Positions 30,826-43,152 of a stretch of DNA of 64,000 nucleotides are shown in pieces. Source of the DNA: Saccharolobus islandicus REY15A. Its GTDB lineage: Archaea; Thermoproteota; Thermoprotei_A; Sulfolobales; Sulfolobaceae. Position 1 is the stretch's first letter, and the number at the start of each line of letters is the position of its first letter. The position numbers were made by a program, and so were the translations under genes. The stretch lies in NCBI RefSeq assembly GCF_000189555.1, contig NC_017276.1, one strand, 5' to 3'. The notes below the pieces were generated by a model. That model ran no database searches, was not told the DNA's origin, and saw only the letters and a list, made by a program, of their open reading frames with translations.

Positions 30826-31757
30826 AACCAATTTAATAAATCATATATTTTTTCCATGAACATCCTCTTATTTATTTCATAAACTATTTCAGCATTAGGT
30901 TTGTCAGACCAGCTAGTGTCGGCATCGAATCTATCTACTAGTGTCATACCTCTTGTAATATTATCAGTGTTGTCTATTGCCACAAACCTTTTCTCTTTCC
31001 TTGTTGCTAACCTCTCATCGATAGCTATTGCAGTCGTAATTGCATCAGGGTGTGGATGTCCATTTATCTTCTGAATTGTTGAGGAGTATTTCCTATAATG
31101 TGAATACATCAAAACGTAAAGTTCGCTCATTTTGGTCCTCATGTTTTTAATTAGATTCCATTCTTCATCCGTTACTGGATAATTAATTATAACGTCCCAC
31201 GGTACCATGGTAATATCAAAACCAGCGTTAAATACTATTTTAGCAGCATCTGGATCTACCCAAATATTAAACTCTGCCACTGGAGTAATATTGCCTATTC
31301 CAAATACTGCTCCACCCATTATCCAGACTTTCTTAATTTTCTTTATTATCGAATTATCCAATAAGTAAGCTAGAGCTAAGTTAGTTAGAGGCGAAATCGC
31401 TAAGAATTCCAATTCTCCCGCATACTTGCTTGCCAAATCTATTATTGCTAATGCAGCATGCTTCTCTTTGGCTTTTAACCTCTTGGGTTCTACCAATATA
31501 TCGCCTATTCCACCTTTTCCATGAACCTTTTCTACTGTCATGTAATTTTTTATTAATGGCTTTTTAGCACCAGGGTAAACTGGAATTTCACGGTTAACTT
31601 GTTCCAAAGCCCATAGCGCATTCTTTATCTCTTGGTCATATAATATATTACCCTCAACAACAGTTAATGCAATTACGTCAATGTTGTTCTTTAACAAAAG
31701 ATATAGGCTTAATACGTCATCTTCAGCAGTATCACAATCTATTATAAAATGTCTCAT
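30822..31757 (-). CDS. Nucleoside hydrolase (IU-NH family)
   Basis: [30 protein letters not shown]. Confidence 0.93.
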   Translation of the reverse strand: MRHFIIDCDTAEDDVLSLYLLLKNNIDVIALTVVEGNILYDQEIKNALWALEQVNREIPVYPGAKKPLIKNYMTVEKVHGKGGIGDILVEPKRLKAKEKHAALAIIDLASKYAGELEFLAISPLTNLALAYLLDNSIIKKIKKVWIMGGAVFGIGNITPVAEFNIWVDPDAAKIVFNAGFDITMVPWDVIINYPVTDEEWNLIKNMRTKMSELYVLMYSHYRKYSSTIQKINGHPHPDAITTAIAIDERLATRKEKRFVAIDNTDNITRGMTLVDRFDADTSWSDKPNAEIVYEINKRMFMEKIYDLLNWF

Positions 31758-31759
31758 GA

Positions 31760-34564
31760 TTATTCTATCACAATAGCTGGACTTAAAGGTAATGCTTGAG
31801 ACTTCTTTCCTTTTACGTCTGGTACTGTGGGGTCTTCTGCGTTGTATATTACAATCTCTGAAACTGCCAATCTCTTCAATAAGAAATTCATATTCTTCAC
31901 TATTATTTGCTCTTCATCCACCTCATTTTTCAATAGGTAATCTCTTATAGACTTGTCTAATTTAGAGACCACGACATAAACTTTTTCAGCAATCTTATCC
32001 CCAGTTTTCATAACGAATTCCCTTAGAGAGATTCCGTCATTAATTGCACTTATTGCATTTTTCATTAGTTCTTTGACTTTCTTACTCTCATTAATGTATA
32101 TTACTACTTTTTCAGCTTTCTTATGTACAAGGTCCTCCAGCTCCCTTACATTTTCTATGATCTCGTTAATATAGGATATCTCAAGAATTGCATCTGGGTA
32201 TAGATCCAATTCATTTGGGTCTGGATACTTTTCTAAAGAGACAAAAGTGCTTGAGATTTTATGCCATAATTCCTCTGCAATATGTGGTGCAAATGGTGCA
32301 AGAGCCCTTATCCATATGGACGATATCTTCCTTATTACCTCCTGATTGGGTATTTCAATTAGATCAAAATAATCTCTTAAAACATCATACATTTCATAAA
32401 GGAGAAAATTTACAGCATCTCTAAATTCAAAAGATGTGATGTCATTCTTCACCTTTTCTACTATTTCCCTAATTTTAGAAGAAAGCCACTCATCTGCTGT
32501 TCTTAGCCCTTTAATCTCAGTGTTTATACTTAACAATCTATCAATTAGATCATAAACCTTCTTTAGTTGTTCAGCTATTGGGTTTACCAAATTTTCATTA
32601 AAGTCTAAATCTTGCAGTAGATCAGAAGTTGAAGTCAATGTTATTCTCACTGGATCTACCCCAAATTCTTTGATTGCTTTTGATAGTGTATAAATATTTT
32701 TTAGACTTTTGCTCATTTTTCTTCCTCCAACCCTCACAAAGCCATTGATTACAATTCTTTTAGGAAGGTATTTCTCACCAAAAATTGCAAGATGATTATA
32801 AATATAAAATGGTATATGATTTTGGATTAAATCTCTTCCAGTATGTCTTTGATCTACCGGATACCAATATAAGAATTCTTCCCTTAGCTGGACAAGATCT
32901 GCGCCGTACTTCTTTTCCAGTTCTTTAGTATCTCCTTTTCCTAGAAACATAAAGTCAAAGAGCTCATTATCAATGTCGACGGGCATCTTGTAGATTATCG
33001 TATATAGGACAGTGTACAATGTGGAGTCGCTCAAACTTTCAACAATCTGCGACTCGTCCCATGGTAATTTAACTCCAATACCCCTACTTCTCCCTATGGG
33101 TTCTCTTCTAGTATTGAATATAGTTTTTTCTAGTTCACTTTTAGCTAGGTTTGGTATTAACTCAATATTATTAATAGCCTTAAGTACTGACGCTTTCCAC
33201 TTAGGATTATCATAAGCTATAAACCATTGATTCTTTATCTTTTTGGGTACGATTTCAGCTCCACATCTACAGTAAATGGGACCATTCGAGATTTCATAAA
33301 TAGTATCGTATATGTTTAGAGATTTCAATAACTCTATTGTATTTTTTCTTGCCTCTTGAACTTGCTTCCCAACGATGTTTTCCTTTACGTATTGTTTTAA
33401 GAAGTCTGGAACTAGAGATAATATTGTATCCTTCATATATCCCTTATAGTACTCAGTTCTGTAGATACTTTCCATGAAGTCCTTTAACGCATAAATGTTT
33501 TTGGTTTGTAAAACTGCACTTTCACCAGGGATCTCGTCGAGTTCTTCAGTCTCTATTACTGGTATTATTTCAAATTCCTTATTAGCCTCAGCAATTGCCA
33601 AATAATGAAATGGATCATGAGCTGGATAACTCATTACAACTCCAGTTCCTAGCGATGGATCAACGTGTTTGCTTTTAATAATCTCAAGCTTTTTTCCAGT
33701 TACTGGGTTTATACCGTATAATTTAACGATATCTGATGTAGAAATAGTTTTTATCATTTTCATATCCTTCTGATAGGATAATTTCTTGTAGGCCTTCTCT
33801 GATATTATGAAATTCTTGCCCTCATATTCAACCATTACGTAATTCGCGTCAGAGTTTACCATTAGTGCAACTACCCCGAATATTAGCTCCGGTCTTGAGG
33901 TAGCTACCATGAAATTATAGGACTCACTACCCTCAAATAAGATAACGTTCATTGTGGTGATTTCCGGTTCTATATCACCTCTTGTATCATGCATGCCAAC
34001 TGGAAAATTATCATTAGGACAATAGCCAACAACGTCATCTTCAGTAACTAAATAACCCAGTTCTTTTAGTTTCCTTAATTGCCAATGAATAAACTTCTCA
34101 AACCTAGTATCAGTTGTCGTAAAAGATCTCCTCCAGTCAATGCTCATTCCAATAGATTTCGCCGTATTTTTCATTTCTTCTTTAAAATATTCAGCCAACT
34201 TATATGGATCCCCCAATTCCTTGATTTTATCTTCTGGTACTCCATAAACGCTCTTAAAGAACTCTATCATATCAACATCCCCTCTTCTTATTGAATCTGC
34301 TATAGCCAATACCGGAGTACCTGTAAATTGAAACGCAAACGGGAATAGTACGTTATATCCTCTCATCCTTAAGTATCTAGCGTAAACATCTGCAGTAACA
34401 TAGGTTCTCCCATGACCAACATGCATTGGGCTATTTGTATAAGGAAAAGGAACTGTGATGAAAAATTTTGGTTTAGAGTAATCTATATTTGCTTCAAATA
34501 CCTTACTTTTTTCCCATTCCGCTTGCCATTTAGAAGCTATGGAATTGAAGAAATCATTATACAT
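31760..34564 (-). CDS. leuS: Leucyl-tRNA synthetase, divergent Sulfolobales paralog (LeuRS-I-like)
   Basis: HVGH and KMSKS motifs; degenerate CP1 editing motifs. Confidence 0.92.
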   Translation of the reverse strand: MYNDFFNSIASKWQAEWEKSKVFEANIDYSKPKFFITVPFPYTNSPMHVGHGRTYVTADVYARYLRMRGYNVLFPFAFQFTGTPVLAIADSIRRGDVDMIEFFKSVYGVPEDKIKELGDPYKLAEYFKEEMKNTAKSIGMSIDWRRSFTTTDTRFEKFIHWQLRKLKELGYLVTEDDVVGYCPNDNFPVGMHDTRGDIEPEITTMNVILFEGSESYNFMVATSRPELIFGVVALMVNSDANYVMVEYEGKNFIISEKAYKKLSYQKDMKMIKTISTSDIVKLYGINPVTGKKLEIIKSKHVDPSLGTGVVMSYPAHDPFHYLAIAEANKEFEIIPVIETEELDEIPGESAVLQTKNIYALKDFMESIYRTEYYKGYMKDTILSLVPDFLKQYVKENIVGKQVQEARKNTIELLKSLNIYDTIYEISNGPIYCRCGAEIVPKKIKNQWFIAYDNPKWKASVLKAINNIELIPNLAKSELEKTIFNTRREPIGRSRGIGVKLPWDESQIVESLSDSTLYTVLYTIIYKMPVDIDNELFDFMFLGKGDTKELEKKYGADLVQLREEFLYWYPVDQRHTGRDLIQNHIPFYIYNHLAIFGEKYLPKRIVINGFVRVGGRKMSKSLKNIYTLSKAIKEFGVDPVRITLTSTSDLLQDLDFNENLVNPIAEQLKKVYDLIDRLLSINTEIKGLRTADEWLSSKIREIVEKVKNDITSFEFRDAVNFLLYEMYDVLRDYFDLIEIPNQEVIRKISSIWIRALAPFAPHIAEELWHKISSTFVSLEKYPDPNELDLYPDAILEISYINEIIENVRELEDLVHKKAEKVVIYINESKKVKELMKNAISAINDGISLREFVMKTGDKIAEKVYVVVSKLDKSIRDYLLKNEVDEEQIIVKNMNFLLKRLAVSEIVIYNAEDPTVPDVKGKKSQALPLSPAIVIE

Positions 34565-34602
34565 AAAACTAAAATGCTTTCTAATCTTAAAAACGTTATA
34601 AC

Positions 34603-35526
34603 TTAAGACTTTTTATATGCAGAGAAGTTAGCCGATTTCCGATTTGTTCTAGATAGTCTAGTAGCTTCTTTAATTCCTAGAATTATACTACTAATACCTA
34701 TTATACCGACAACACTAAGCACTAATAAGAATCCTATATCTATAGCATCAAGATTAGGTATTGGATTTCCGGTTGATATTGCAAAGTTGTCAATAACTGG
34801 GAACGCTATTATAAGCAAACCCACCATAGTAAATACCAAACCACCATAGTAAAGTACTCTCCCTGCAGTTTTCCTCGCAACATATGACATCTCCTCCTCT
34901 GTTAACCTTTTTGTACGCAATATATTGCCAAACATTGCACCAAATATCATCTGCATAATCATTGTACCTATTCCAAACATTAGCCCTGGCAACGGCGCAT
35001 AAACTATTGAGGGCAACTGGGGTGCTAAAACAAACGTTATTATACTAGCATAGGCTCCAAACCCAAAACCAGCAATTAGACCATGAACTATAGTCATTTT
35101 TAACGGTATATCATACAATTCTACTCCACTAGTTTTGGTACTATGATGTTTGCTCTTAAATAGAACGTCTATTGGTAAATGCAGATATCTCCCTTTTAGT
35201 ATATAAGAACCAGCAATAGCCATGACGATTCCAACTATAGTATATACTGGACCATCCAAATTGTATTTTTCGTAGATAGTTGCGAGACCTATAAAACCTA
35301 ATGTGGTTAGAAATGCCCTCTGAATGGTAAAACCTAGTGAAAATAAAAATCCAGCTTTCATTCCTTCTTTTGAACTATATTTTCCTACCGCATAACTGAA
35401 CGTTATTGGCCATGTATGCTCATCTGGAGTTGCACCATGAAGCATACCTAAAATTAACGAGATTACAAGTATTTCTGATAGAGTTAATCCTTCTGGTGGA
35501 TTTAGTAGTGTGGATAGGCTTATCAT
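34603..35526 (-). CDS. Nickel/cobalt transporter-like membrane protein
   Basis: GMLHGATPDEH and VHGLIAGFG His motifs; multiple TMs. Confidence 0.7.
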   Translation of the reverse strand: MISLSTLLNPPEGLTLSEILVISLILGMLHGATPDEHTWPITFSYAVGKYSSKEGMKAGFLFSLGFTIQRAFLTTLGFIGLATIYEKYNLDGPVYTIVGIVMAIAGSYILKGRYLHLPIDVLFKSKHHSTKTSGVELYDIPLKMTIVHGLIAGFGFGAYASIITFVLAPQLPSIVYAPLPGLMFGIGTMIMQMIFGAMFGNILRTKRLTEEEMSYVARKTAGRVLYYGGLVFTMVGLLIIAFPVIDNFAISTGNPIPNLDAIDIGFLLVLSVVGIIGISSIILGIKEATRLSRTNRKSANFSAYKKS

Positions 35527-35650
35527 TTTCTCACAATATTAGGGTTACCCTAATAAAATTTAAATTTTTCTGTCAATAATCTAAGTTAGATGATTGATTC
35601 GCCAGCGTCTGAAAAAATGATGAAAGTCTTAAGTAATGACTTTTTAAAAA

Positions 35651-35854
35651 TTAAAATACTAATTTTCCAAACTTTCCCCTTATAAATACACCCAATACTA
35701 AGAATGTTGCTGCAAATCCTACAACTGCTGGAATTGCTTGCCTCCATTGAGGAGCTAGAAACAGTAAATCAACAACCCATATTGTTATTATGAGGAATAC
35801 TGTTAAAGGAACCAATATTAGCAGCCAAGTTGTAATAAAGTACTTATCTTTCAT
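35651..35854 (-). CDS. Small two-TM membrane protein
   Basis: MKDKYF... 67 aa, hydrophobic. Confidence 0.65.
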   Translation of the reverse strand: MKDKYFITTWLLILVPLTVFLIITIWVVDLLFLAPQWRQAIPAVVGFAATFLVLGVFIRGKFGKLVF

Positions 35855-35936
35855 AATATATCTTACTTCAACTAGGGTTTTAAGCATTAACCATAAAAAC
35901 AATTTAATTGTTCATAATGGATCTTTTTCATGAAAT

Positions 35937-36401
35937 CTAGTTATTTTTTAATGCTTTCATTATCTCATTGTACATTTCCTTATCTCTTTCCTCTATTCTC
36001 TTTAATGACCAAGGAAGCAATCCTTTCTTTTTAACTCCATTTAGTACAGATTTTAACCAAGATTCATAAACTTTCCCAGATTGCAATTTATAGTAGAACT
36101 CTTTTAAGATATTTAATGCAACATCTTCATCAATACCTTTTACATTTACTAAATATCTGGATGCAACATAAAGTATAAATCTTTTCCTTGAGTCTTGTAA
36201 TCCTTTTTCTAAAACCTTCTCTATCCACGAATAATCTGACGACTTTTTAGGTGGAGGTGGAAATTTTCCTTCCACTTTAAACAAGAAATTTCCCTCATTG
36301 TCATAGATTGAGGAAAAACCATCGGCATACTCTATGTGTCCAGCAGGCGTATCATCGGGGTAGTGAAGAATAATTCTTCTAACTTTTTTCTCTTGGCTCA
36401 C
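35937..36401 (-). CDS. priX: DNA primase non-catalytic subunit PriX
   Basis: GTG start gives 154 aa; DYSWIEKVLEKGLQDSRKRFILYVASRYLVNVKG and YESWLKSV motifs. Confidence 0.88.
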   Translation of the reverse strand: MSQEKKVRRIILHYPDDTPAGHIEYADGFSSIYDNEGNFLFKVEGKFPPPPKKSSDYSWIEKVLEKGLQDSRKRFILYVASRYLVNVKGIDEDVALNILKEFYYKLQSGKVYESWLKSVLNGVKKKGLLPWSLKRIEERDKEMYNEIMKALKNN

Positions 36402-36460
36402 AATAGATGATTGATACTCAAGGAAAAAAATATAGCTTAAAATCTGTACTACTACTCTAA

Positions 36461-37150
36461 ATGCAAATATTAGTAGAACTACATCCCAAGAAAAAAATCG
36501 AGAAACTGCTAAAGGAAATAAAAACTTTATCCCCATTTGATGGATTTGATATACCCGACTCACCTCTAGGTATACCATCGCCTATGCCATCATTTATAGC
36601 TTCGTTAATTAGATACTCTCTATCTCTAGATAAAAAAACAATAATTATAAACCAAAGACTATTAGATGTTAACGAATTATTTATTCGTTCGTTGTCAATA
36701 ACTGCTAAGATGTTAGATGTCCAACTAGCTTTTACAAAAGGAGATAAACCAAAATATGGCAAAGAAGTGGGTTATTTGTCGTCAGATGATGCTGTAAATG
36801 TGGCAAAGGAATATGGTGTGAAAAGTGGAATGATGATAAGTTTAAGAAAAAACGAGAACGAAGTTATGGCTAGATTGGAGTCAAATGCTGATTTCTTCCT
36901 AGTTCTTAGGATGAAAAACGTAGATCAGATTAAGTATTATGGTTCAAAGCTTGTTGATAGAGCAATCCCTTATTTAATAGTGATAACTGAAAAGAATAGA
37001 GAACTAGTAAAGAATCTTGATCAACCTTATTTCTTAGAGAATGAGATATTTTCAATTATCCATTCACTTGATAATTTAGGAGTAAAGGCAGTCTTAATTT
37101 CATCTCTAGGTGATTTGAGCTTCTTCGAAAGGCTATACTCAAAACTATGA
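36461..37150 (+). CDS. Methylenetetrahydrofolate reductase-like protein
   Basis: VELHPKK, DIPDSPLG, NQRLLD, GD pattern of the MTHFR fold. Confidence 0.6.
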   Translation: MQILVELHPKKKIEKLLKEIKTLSPFDGFDIPDSPLGIPSPMPSFIASLIRYSLSLDKKTIIINQRLLDVNELFIRSLSITAKMLDVQLAFTKGDKPKYGKEVGYLSSDDAVNVAKEYGVKSGMMISLRKNENEVMARLESNADFFLVLRMKNVDQIKYYGSKLVDRAIPYLIVITEKNRELVKNLDQPYFLENEIFSIIHSLDNLGVKAVLISSLGDLSFFERLYSKL

Positions 37151-37186
37151 AAGAATAGTAAAAGGTTGAGATTTAAGCCTGAAAAA

Positions 37187-37852
37187 CTAACTTAACTGAG
37201 TACGAATTTGCTTTATAATGTTAAGAATTTCTTGAGCATGGTCTGGCATTTTATTTATTAAATCATTGAGCTCGAGGTACCAATAATTTTCCTTTTTAGC
37301 ATCAATTAATTGCACGTAAACTTTCCTTCTAGTTGCTATAACTTTCTTTACACATAAAGAACTTTTATTGCATTCTACAGAAACTTCTCTCTTATAGAGT
37401 ATTGTTAAAAGTTGTTCTAAATTACGTTTAATATCTTCATTTATATTTATCTTTTTACCTTCTACTAAAATTTCCTTTATCCCCTTGTTTTGTTTGTAGC
37501 AAATCTCTTGGGTATTACAATTTTCACTCATTAGTACTAAAGATTCATATAATCTGTTTTCTATCGATGCAATATGGTAAATGAATGAATTTGCATCAAT
37601 CTCATTTCCATCGTAAGTTATTCTATCCTTGTTTACTCTTATATAAAACGGTTTTTTCTTGTTTCCGCATTTTGCACTTATTCTAACAGTCGTATTACTT
37701 CTACTTACGACAATTATGATATTACCCACGAAAGCTACTAATTTCGAAGGTGAATAGGATTTTATTGCATACACTGTACAAAAATTTTCGTAAGCGGCTT
37801 TCCTAACAACATTAAAAACTATAGTGTCAATATATGCTAATATCGCATACAT
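37187..37852 (-). CDS. Conserved hypothetical protein
   Basis: Intact 221-aa ORF in core region. Confidence 0.7.
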   Translation of the reverse strand: MYAILAYIDTIVFNVVRKAAYENFCTVYAIKSYSPSKLVAFVGNIIIVVSRSNTTVRISAKCGNKKKPFYIRVNKDRITYDGNEIDANSFIYHIASIENRLYESLVLMSENCNTQEICYKQNKGIKEILVEGKKININEDIKRNLEQLLTILYKREVSVECNKSSLCVKKVIATRRKVYVQLIDAKKENYWYLELNDLINKMPDHAQEILNIIKQIRTQLS

Positions 37853-38082
37853 TCACTTACCCTAAAAGTAATTTTTTCAAACTCCTCTAAGGTAATGCTT
37901 GGTACGAAGATTCTCCAACTTTCGTCATTAAGTGAAGGCATACTCATTATTGCATTTAGAAGCTCCCTACAAGACTCCACAGAATCATCCCATTTCTCTT
38001 GATTTTCTATTACATAATCCTTTAGGAACATTAGAGCATATAATATCTTCCCTTTTCTCGCCAACTGTAAAGCTGTTTCCAT
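37837..38082 (-). CDS. Small conserved hypothetical protein
   Basis: METALQLARKGK... helical ORF. Confidence 0.65.
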   Translation of the reverse strand: METALQLARKGKILYALMFLKDYVIENQEKWDDSVESCRELLNAIMSMPSLNDESWRIFVPSITLEEFEKITFRVSECMRY

Positions 38083-38139
38083 CCAAAAGAGTTTATGAAA
38101 AATATGTATAAAAATGGTTAGCAATTATAAAAGGGCAAA

Positions 38140-39405
38140 ATGAAAGAAGAATCTTACCAACTCCTTGAATATATTATAGAACACAGTTTAGAAGGAACTT
38201 TTACTGCATTAGAGACGAGTAATGGAACGCAAATCGTTTTAGCCAAGGAAGATCCTCATACGTTAACTGCAATTCTCTGCAATAATGGAATAGCGAAAAG
38301 GATAACAAAGAGATTTACCAGAACCACGGTTCACAAGGCAATATATGAGCTAATTGATGAGATAGAGGATATAATATCGCAACCTATAGAGGAATTAAAG
38401 ATTTCGCAAAGAGTTTCTTTCGGGAATTGTATAGATGAAAGAGGAGAAGAAGAAAAATCAAAGAGAAGAAAAAGGGAAAGACCAAAACCACCTTCAATTG
38501 ACGAATACAAGAGAATTGAAATACCACAAAAACACATTATTCCTTTATTGCATTTAGGTGAGAAAAAGTATTTGTATTTAACATTGGAATTGGGTGTGAT
38601 AGATATTATGGAATTGCCTTCTTCCTCACCAATCATCGTCGAAAGAAATCAAGTCACGCCATATAAAATTAGAGAAATGAGAACAGTATATAACGTTCTT
38701 TCATTATTTAAACTAGATAGATTTAATACTTCTAATCCTTTCTCGACCACCAGTTTAAATGGAAAATCGTTAACTTTCTTTACTGCACTATACAACGATG
38801 TTGAGTTATTAGGCCAGACTTCCGTCAGTATGTTGCAGAGAAATCTAAAACTAGTAAAGCATAAAGTGAATATGTTCTCAGTAAGTAAAAAAGGTAGTTT
38901 ACATACCGAAGAAGTTGAAATATTAAACAATAAAAATAGTTTAGATAGAAATAATGTCAAAGTTGGTTTATTCTTGGGAAGTGATGGTAACAATATTGTT
39001 CAGATTGGCGATATAAATCTTGGAGAACTTCATGAGAAGAACGTATTTACGGTAAATGAATATATATATTCTTCATTATATATACTGAGAAATGAGGATT
39101 ACTCGTTCTTTGATAACATATTAATGAAGTTACTAAACACTTACATTGCAAAGAGTAACTACTCTAGGTTGACTAAAGATATAATAGAGAGAGAAACTAA
39201 CGTTAACTACTCGATACCTATAGTGATGAGAACCATGGAGAATCGAATAGAACTAGCGAATCCAATCCTATATTGGTACTCTAAGGAGATTTTGAACAGT
39301 GACGAAATATGTACGAATTGTCCTATTACGGAATACGTCAACAAGCTTAACGAATTCTTAAACAATTACGTAAAACTAGGATATTTCAAAAGCGTTTTTC
39401 TCTAG
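38140..39405 (+). CDS. Conserved hypothetical protein
   Basis: Intact 421-aa ORF. Confidence 0.75.
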   Translation: MKEESYQLLEYIIEHSLEGTFTALETSNGTQIVLAKEDPHTLTAILCNNGIAKRITKRFTRTTVHKAIYELIDEIEDIISQPIEELKISQRVSFGNCIDERGEEEKSKRRKRERPKPPSIDEYKRIEIPQKHIIPLLHLGEKKYLYLTLELGVIDIMELPSSSPIIVERNQVTPYKIREMRTVYNVLSLFKLDRFNTSNPFSTTSLNGKSLTFFTALYNDVELLGQTSVSMLQRNLKLVKHKVNMFSVSKKGSLHTEEVEILNNKNSLDRNNVKVGLFLGSDGNNIVQIGDINLGELHEKNVFTVNEYIYSSLYILRNEDYSFFDNILMKLLNTYIAKSNYSRLTKDIIERETNVNYSIPIVMRTMENRIELANPILYWYSKEILNSDEICTNCPITEYVNKLNEFLNNYVKLGYFKSVFL

Positions 39406-40999
39406 CAAAAATATACGCTACCAATAAGAACAAAAGTACAATAAATAAAAATAGTGTATAGTAGTCTACAGCTACATCAATACTTTTTTCCTCAACTGAT
39501 ATGACGTTAGCAAGAATATATAAATTGCTTCCACCTTTTATTAATGGTATTATTAAGGTTACGTTTGTCGATGAATTAACCCAAACGATCCTTACGTATT
39601 CATAAGATGTTGTTAAGGGATATATTATGGGTAATGGAAGTGAAAATTGACCATTGGAATCAGTGTGACCTTTATAATAAAGTTGCAAGTTTGATAGATT
39701 ATCGCCAAGATATACGTAGAATTCTTGATTCGGAACAGCAGTAGCGTTATTTCCTAAAAATTCAAACGTTAGAATGCTTTGTAATCCTATTATGAAATTT
39801 GGAAGAACAAAGAAAATTTTTGAGATACCATTATCGGTTCTCCATCCAATATAACTTATATTCGACCAAGGTATAGGTGTAGTAATGTTTAAATAGTATG
39901 TTTTACTAGCGTTAATAATTTCATATAAACTTATATTATTATTATTATTATCCAAAAACACTATACTCAGTAACCCTCCTCTAATAACTGGCAAAGTATT
40001 ATTGATAATTCTAAAACCTGAGTTTGGTAGCTTAACTTGTAATTGTCCATTATTTACAGAATATAACAAAGCATAAACTTTTTGTGAGAGATCGGTCTTT
40101 GTCAAATTTAGATTGCTTCCTAAAAGTTCAACCCCAACATCGCTTCCATTATAATACGTAAAGTTAACCGTTAAAATAAGATAATTCAATCGTGATATAT
40201 TATAGAACTGAGCTACATAACTACCACCCACTAGCCCTTCTACTGTCTCATACGTTGAAGTTATGTTAATAATTTTAGCAACTCCAAGTTTCCATGTTGG
40301 AGAGCTAACAATATCTGGCGATAAGTAAGTTTCTCCAGCTATCATTGGTTGAGTTTCCACACACTTAGCTAGTGCAACGTAATATACGTAGGAAAAACCA
40401 TAATTTTGAAACCAACCAGCATATTTCACCTCAGACCAAGGTATAGGCGTTATATAAACTAATCTGGTAATGTTACCGTTTAATGAAATATAGACGACTG
40501 TTAAATTACCTTCAACATTTGAAAATTGAATTAAAAGAAAACCACTTACGCTAATTGGTAGATTATTTACTACAGTTAGCAAACTAGTGTTGGGAGTCTT
40601 AACTAATAATTGGCCGGAGGTTACAGAATAAATTAACACATACGGCTGTTGATTTGCTGGTTTTTTCAAATCTACGTTTCCACCTAATATTATAGCGCCT
40701 GCCTGAACACCTGATAAGTAACTATATCTAGTTGAATAGTTGAAGTTATAATAATTAGAAAAATTTACCTCTTGTACAGCATAACTATAAGGCGAACCTA
40801 TTACTGACTCATAAGTCGTATTGTGAATCACTATGGCGGTTCCGTTGGACCATAATGGACTACTGGAAACACTATTTCCAACTTGCTGACACGATAAAAC
40901 CCTTAATATGTTAGGCGATATTATCACAATCGAGAAAGATGAGATTACGAATGTAGAAAGGGAAAGTGACAATATCGCTAATGCCAGCAATACTTTCAT
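39386..40999 (-). CDS. Secreted, C-terminally anchored glycoprotein
   Basis: Signal peptide, internal duplicated domain (LIYSVTSGQLLVK / LLYSVNNGQLQVK), C-terminal TM. Confidence 0.75.
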   Translation of the reverse strand: MKVLLALAILSLSLSTFVISSFSIVIISPNILRVLSCQQVGNSVSSSPLWSNGTAIVIHNTTYESVIGSPYSYAVQEVNFSNYYNFNYSTRYSYLSGVQAGAIILGGNVDLKKPANQQPYVLIYSVTSGQLLVKTPNTSLLTVVNNLPISVSGFLLIQFSNVEGNLTVVYISLNGNITRLVYITPIPWSEVKYAGWFQNYGFSYVYYVALAKCVETQPMIAGETYLSPDIVSSPTWKLGVAKIINITSTYETVEGLVGGSYVAQFYNISRLNYLILTVNFTYYNGSDVGVELLGSNLNLTKTDLSQKVYALLYSVNNGQLQVKLPNSGFRIINNTLPVIRGGLLSIVFLDNNNNNISLYEIINASKTYYLNITTPIPWSNISYIGWRTDNGISKIFFVLPNFIIGLQSILTFEFLGNNATAVPNQEFYVYLGDNLSNLQLYYKGHTDSNGQFSLPLPIIYPLTTSYEYVRIVWVNSSTNVTLIIPLIKGGSNLYILANVISVEEKSIDVAVDYYTLFLFIVLLFLLVAYIFAREKRF

Positions 41000-43152
41000 A
41001 CTCTCATCCCTCTTCTTATTAATAGTACTAAAGATGCTACACTAAGGAATATTGAAGCATAGCTTACATATTCAATCTTTTCATCAGAAATCACGATAGT
41101 ATACTTGCCTGGAGGGAGAATTATTGAGTGATTTACTACTTTTCCGTTAATAGTTAAGCTCTCGTGTATTGAAAGGTAAATTGAATAATTCGACTCTATA
41201 ATTTCAGTAATTTCGCCAATCGCTATACTTGTTGTTATTTTAGGTTTATAATAGGATGAAAAGATTGATCTATTATCTACAGTTACTTTACCTCCTATTA
41301 TGGTTAAGGAACTATTAGTAGTAATCTCAACTGTATCGTTCTTTACCAGACCTTTTATTCCACTAATGTTATTAATCTGCGTCGGAAATACTATTGCAAT
41401 TTTTGATGGTGTCACGTTAGAGTAAAGTATGAGGCCTAACGGTTTATCAAAGGGCGAGTAGATTACCTTAACTGAAGAATTAGAGTAAATGTAAGAAAAC
41501 GTTAATTGTGGCGTGTAGTTAGGTATAGCTGGAATTGGAAATCCAAAGTAAAGGGGATTCTCAATAACACGTGAGTTATATATAAAGTACCTAACATTAT
41601 AGGATATTGATTGTGTTGGCATTCCACTAGCAGTTAGGTTTAGATCGTTAACTTGCGTCATAATTCCAAATCCATACTCTCCAGGTTTAGGTAAATTAGG
41701 CAGATTGTATGTGTAAAACGCTGTATTTGCGTAACTTGAAATTAAGCCGTATGAAAAACTACTAATAGATAGAATAACTAGACCAGTAAACAAGGTCAAG
41801 TAAAGAGCACTGATGTCTCTTAGGCTTCCAAATATTAAAATAGTAGCAAGAAGAATTAATGGTCCCGTATTTATTCCCAATATTTGTAGAATGAATGATA
41901 TAAAAATCATATAAACTATCTCAATATTTTTAAGCCTCAATTGATATAAAAGAACAGACATTGAAACTAGAATAATTGAGATAAGAACTTCTATGTTAGA
42001 TACGTTAAATGTAAATCTATAATAACCAAAGATTAAGAAGGGAATTAGCCAAAACGCATTAACACCTAGGGCGTATAATAGGAAGTAATACCTACGGTAT
42101 ACCAATGGAATTACCAGAGTAGATATGAAGATCGGGATAGAAGATGCTGCAGTTAGCGTTAGAATTGAATAGAGTACTTTATTCTTATTATATGCAAAGA
42201 ATAGGACTAAAGGTAGAAATGCGTATGAAAAAACTGAAATTGAGTGAGATATTATGGGATTAAATATATTAATCTGATATAGCACTGAGAAAAGTAGTGG
42301 ATATTTCAAATTAAGTCTCTTAAATACATAATATGACGTTAAACCGGATAAGAATGTAAAAATCCACAGAAATACTTCCGCTGTTATTAAAGGGTTCTCT
42401 ATGAGAAGTGCTAAAAGATAAGCAAAAAACCAGCCCGCGATTAAGTGCTGATTCGAATTATAACCTATTTCGTATATCCAAGGTAAATATAAGTGCGAGA
42501 AATAAAATGAGTGTAATGACCAATAAATAAAGGAAGAATCGCTTGGGTATCCTAACATTATTGATGCAAAAGATGCGGGAATGAAAGACAAATATGGGAG
42601 AATTTTTCTTAACGTAATTCTAGTAATTCTTTTATCTTCAACAATTATCCCTATTATTCCAAACATTAGATAAAAGTATGATATCTGTGAAATCTGATTA
42701 GCTAGTGCTTCATTATTTGGAAATATTATACCGGAATAGATTAAATATAAAATACCCGAAATGATTATAGCCCTTGGTTCACCTCCAAGTTTTATTAATA
42801 GGGGAATCAGTAATGCCAATATAATTAATAAGAGGTAGAGATTATTTATAATTAAACCCGGCGCAAGGGTTATAAGAATTGAATAAATCCATTTATTATT
42901 TTTCCCAATAATCGAGATCAACATCAGAATAGATAATATAATCAGTTTTTGTAATTGGATAGTAATAATATGTAATAAAACTAATGATGCGAATAAAACT
43001 GTTGGTACAATCAAGGACAGTTGAGATTCATAAAGGATAGACAAGGCGGAGGAAATAAAGAAGAACCCTATGAACGATTCGTATAATGGAAATTCAAATA
43101 TACCTATAATATTTACTATACTCAATATGATTGTCGCTATACGCTTATCCAT
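40996..43152 (-). CDS. Polytopic membrane protein (GT-C glycosyltransferase-like)
   Basis: Many TM helices plus extracellular C-terminal domain; NAFWLIPF pattern. Confidence 0.6.
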   Translation of the reverse strand: MDKRIATIILSIVNIIGIFEFPLYESFIGFFFISSALSILYESQLSLIVPTVLFASLVLLHIITIQLQKLIILSILMLISIIGKNNKWIYSILITLAPGLIINNLYLLLIILALLIPLLIKLGGEPRAIIISGILYLIYSGIIFPNNEALANQISQISYFYLMFGIIGIIVEDKRITRITLRKILPYLSFIPASFASIMLGYPSDSSFIYWSLHSFYFSHLYLPWIYEIGYNSNQHLIAGWFFAYLLALLIENPLITAEVFLWIFTFLSGLTSYYVFKRLNLKYPLLFSVLYQINIFNPIISHSISVFSYAFLPLVLFFAYNKNKVLYSILTLTAASSIPIFISTLVIPLVYRRYYFLLYALGVNAFWLIPFLIFGYYRFTFNVSNIEVLISIILVSMSVLLYQLRLKNIEIVYMIFISFILQILGINTGPLILLATILIFGSLRDISALYLTLFTGLVILSISSFSYGLISSYANTAFYTYNLPNLPKPGEYGFGIMTQVNDLNLTASGMPTQSISYNVRYFIYNSRVIENPLYFGFPIPAIPNYTPQLTFSYIYSNSSVKVIYSPFDKPLGLILYSNVTPSKIAIVFPTQINNISGIKGLVKNDTVEITTNSSLTIIGGKVTVDNRSIFSSYYKPKITTSIAIGEITEIIESNYSIYLSIHESLTINGKVVNHSIILPPGKYTIVISDEKIEYVSYASIFLSVASLVLLIRRGMRV

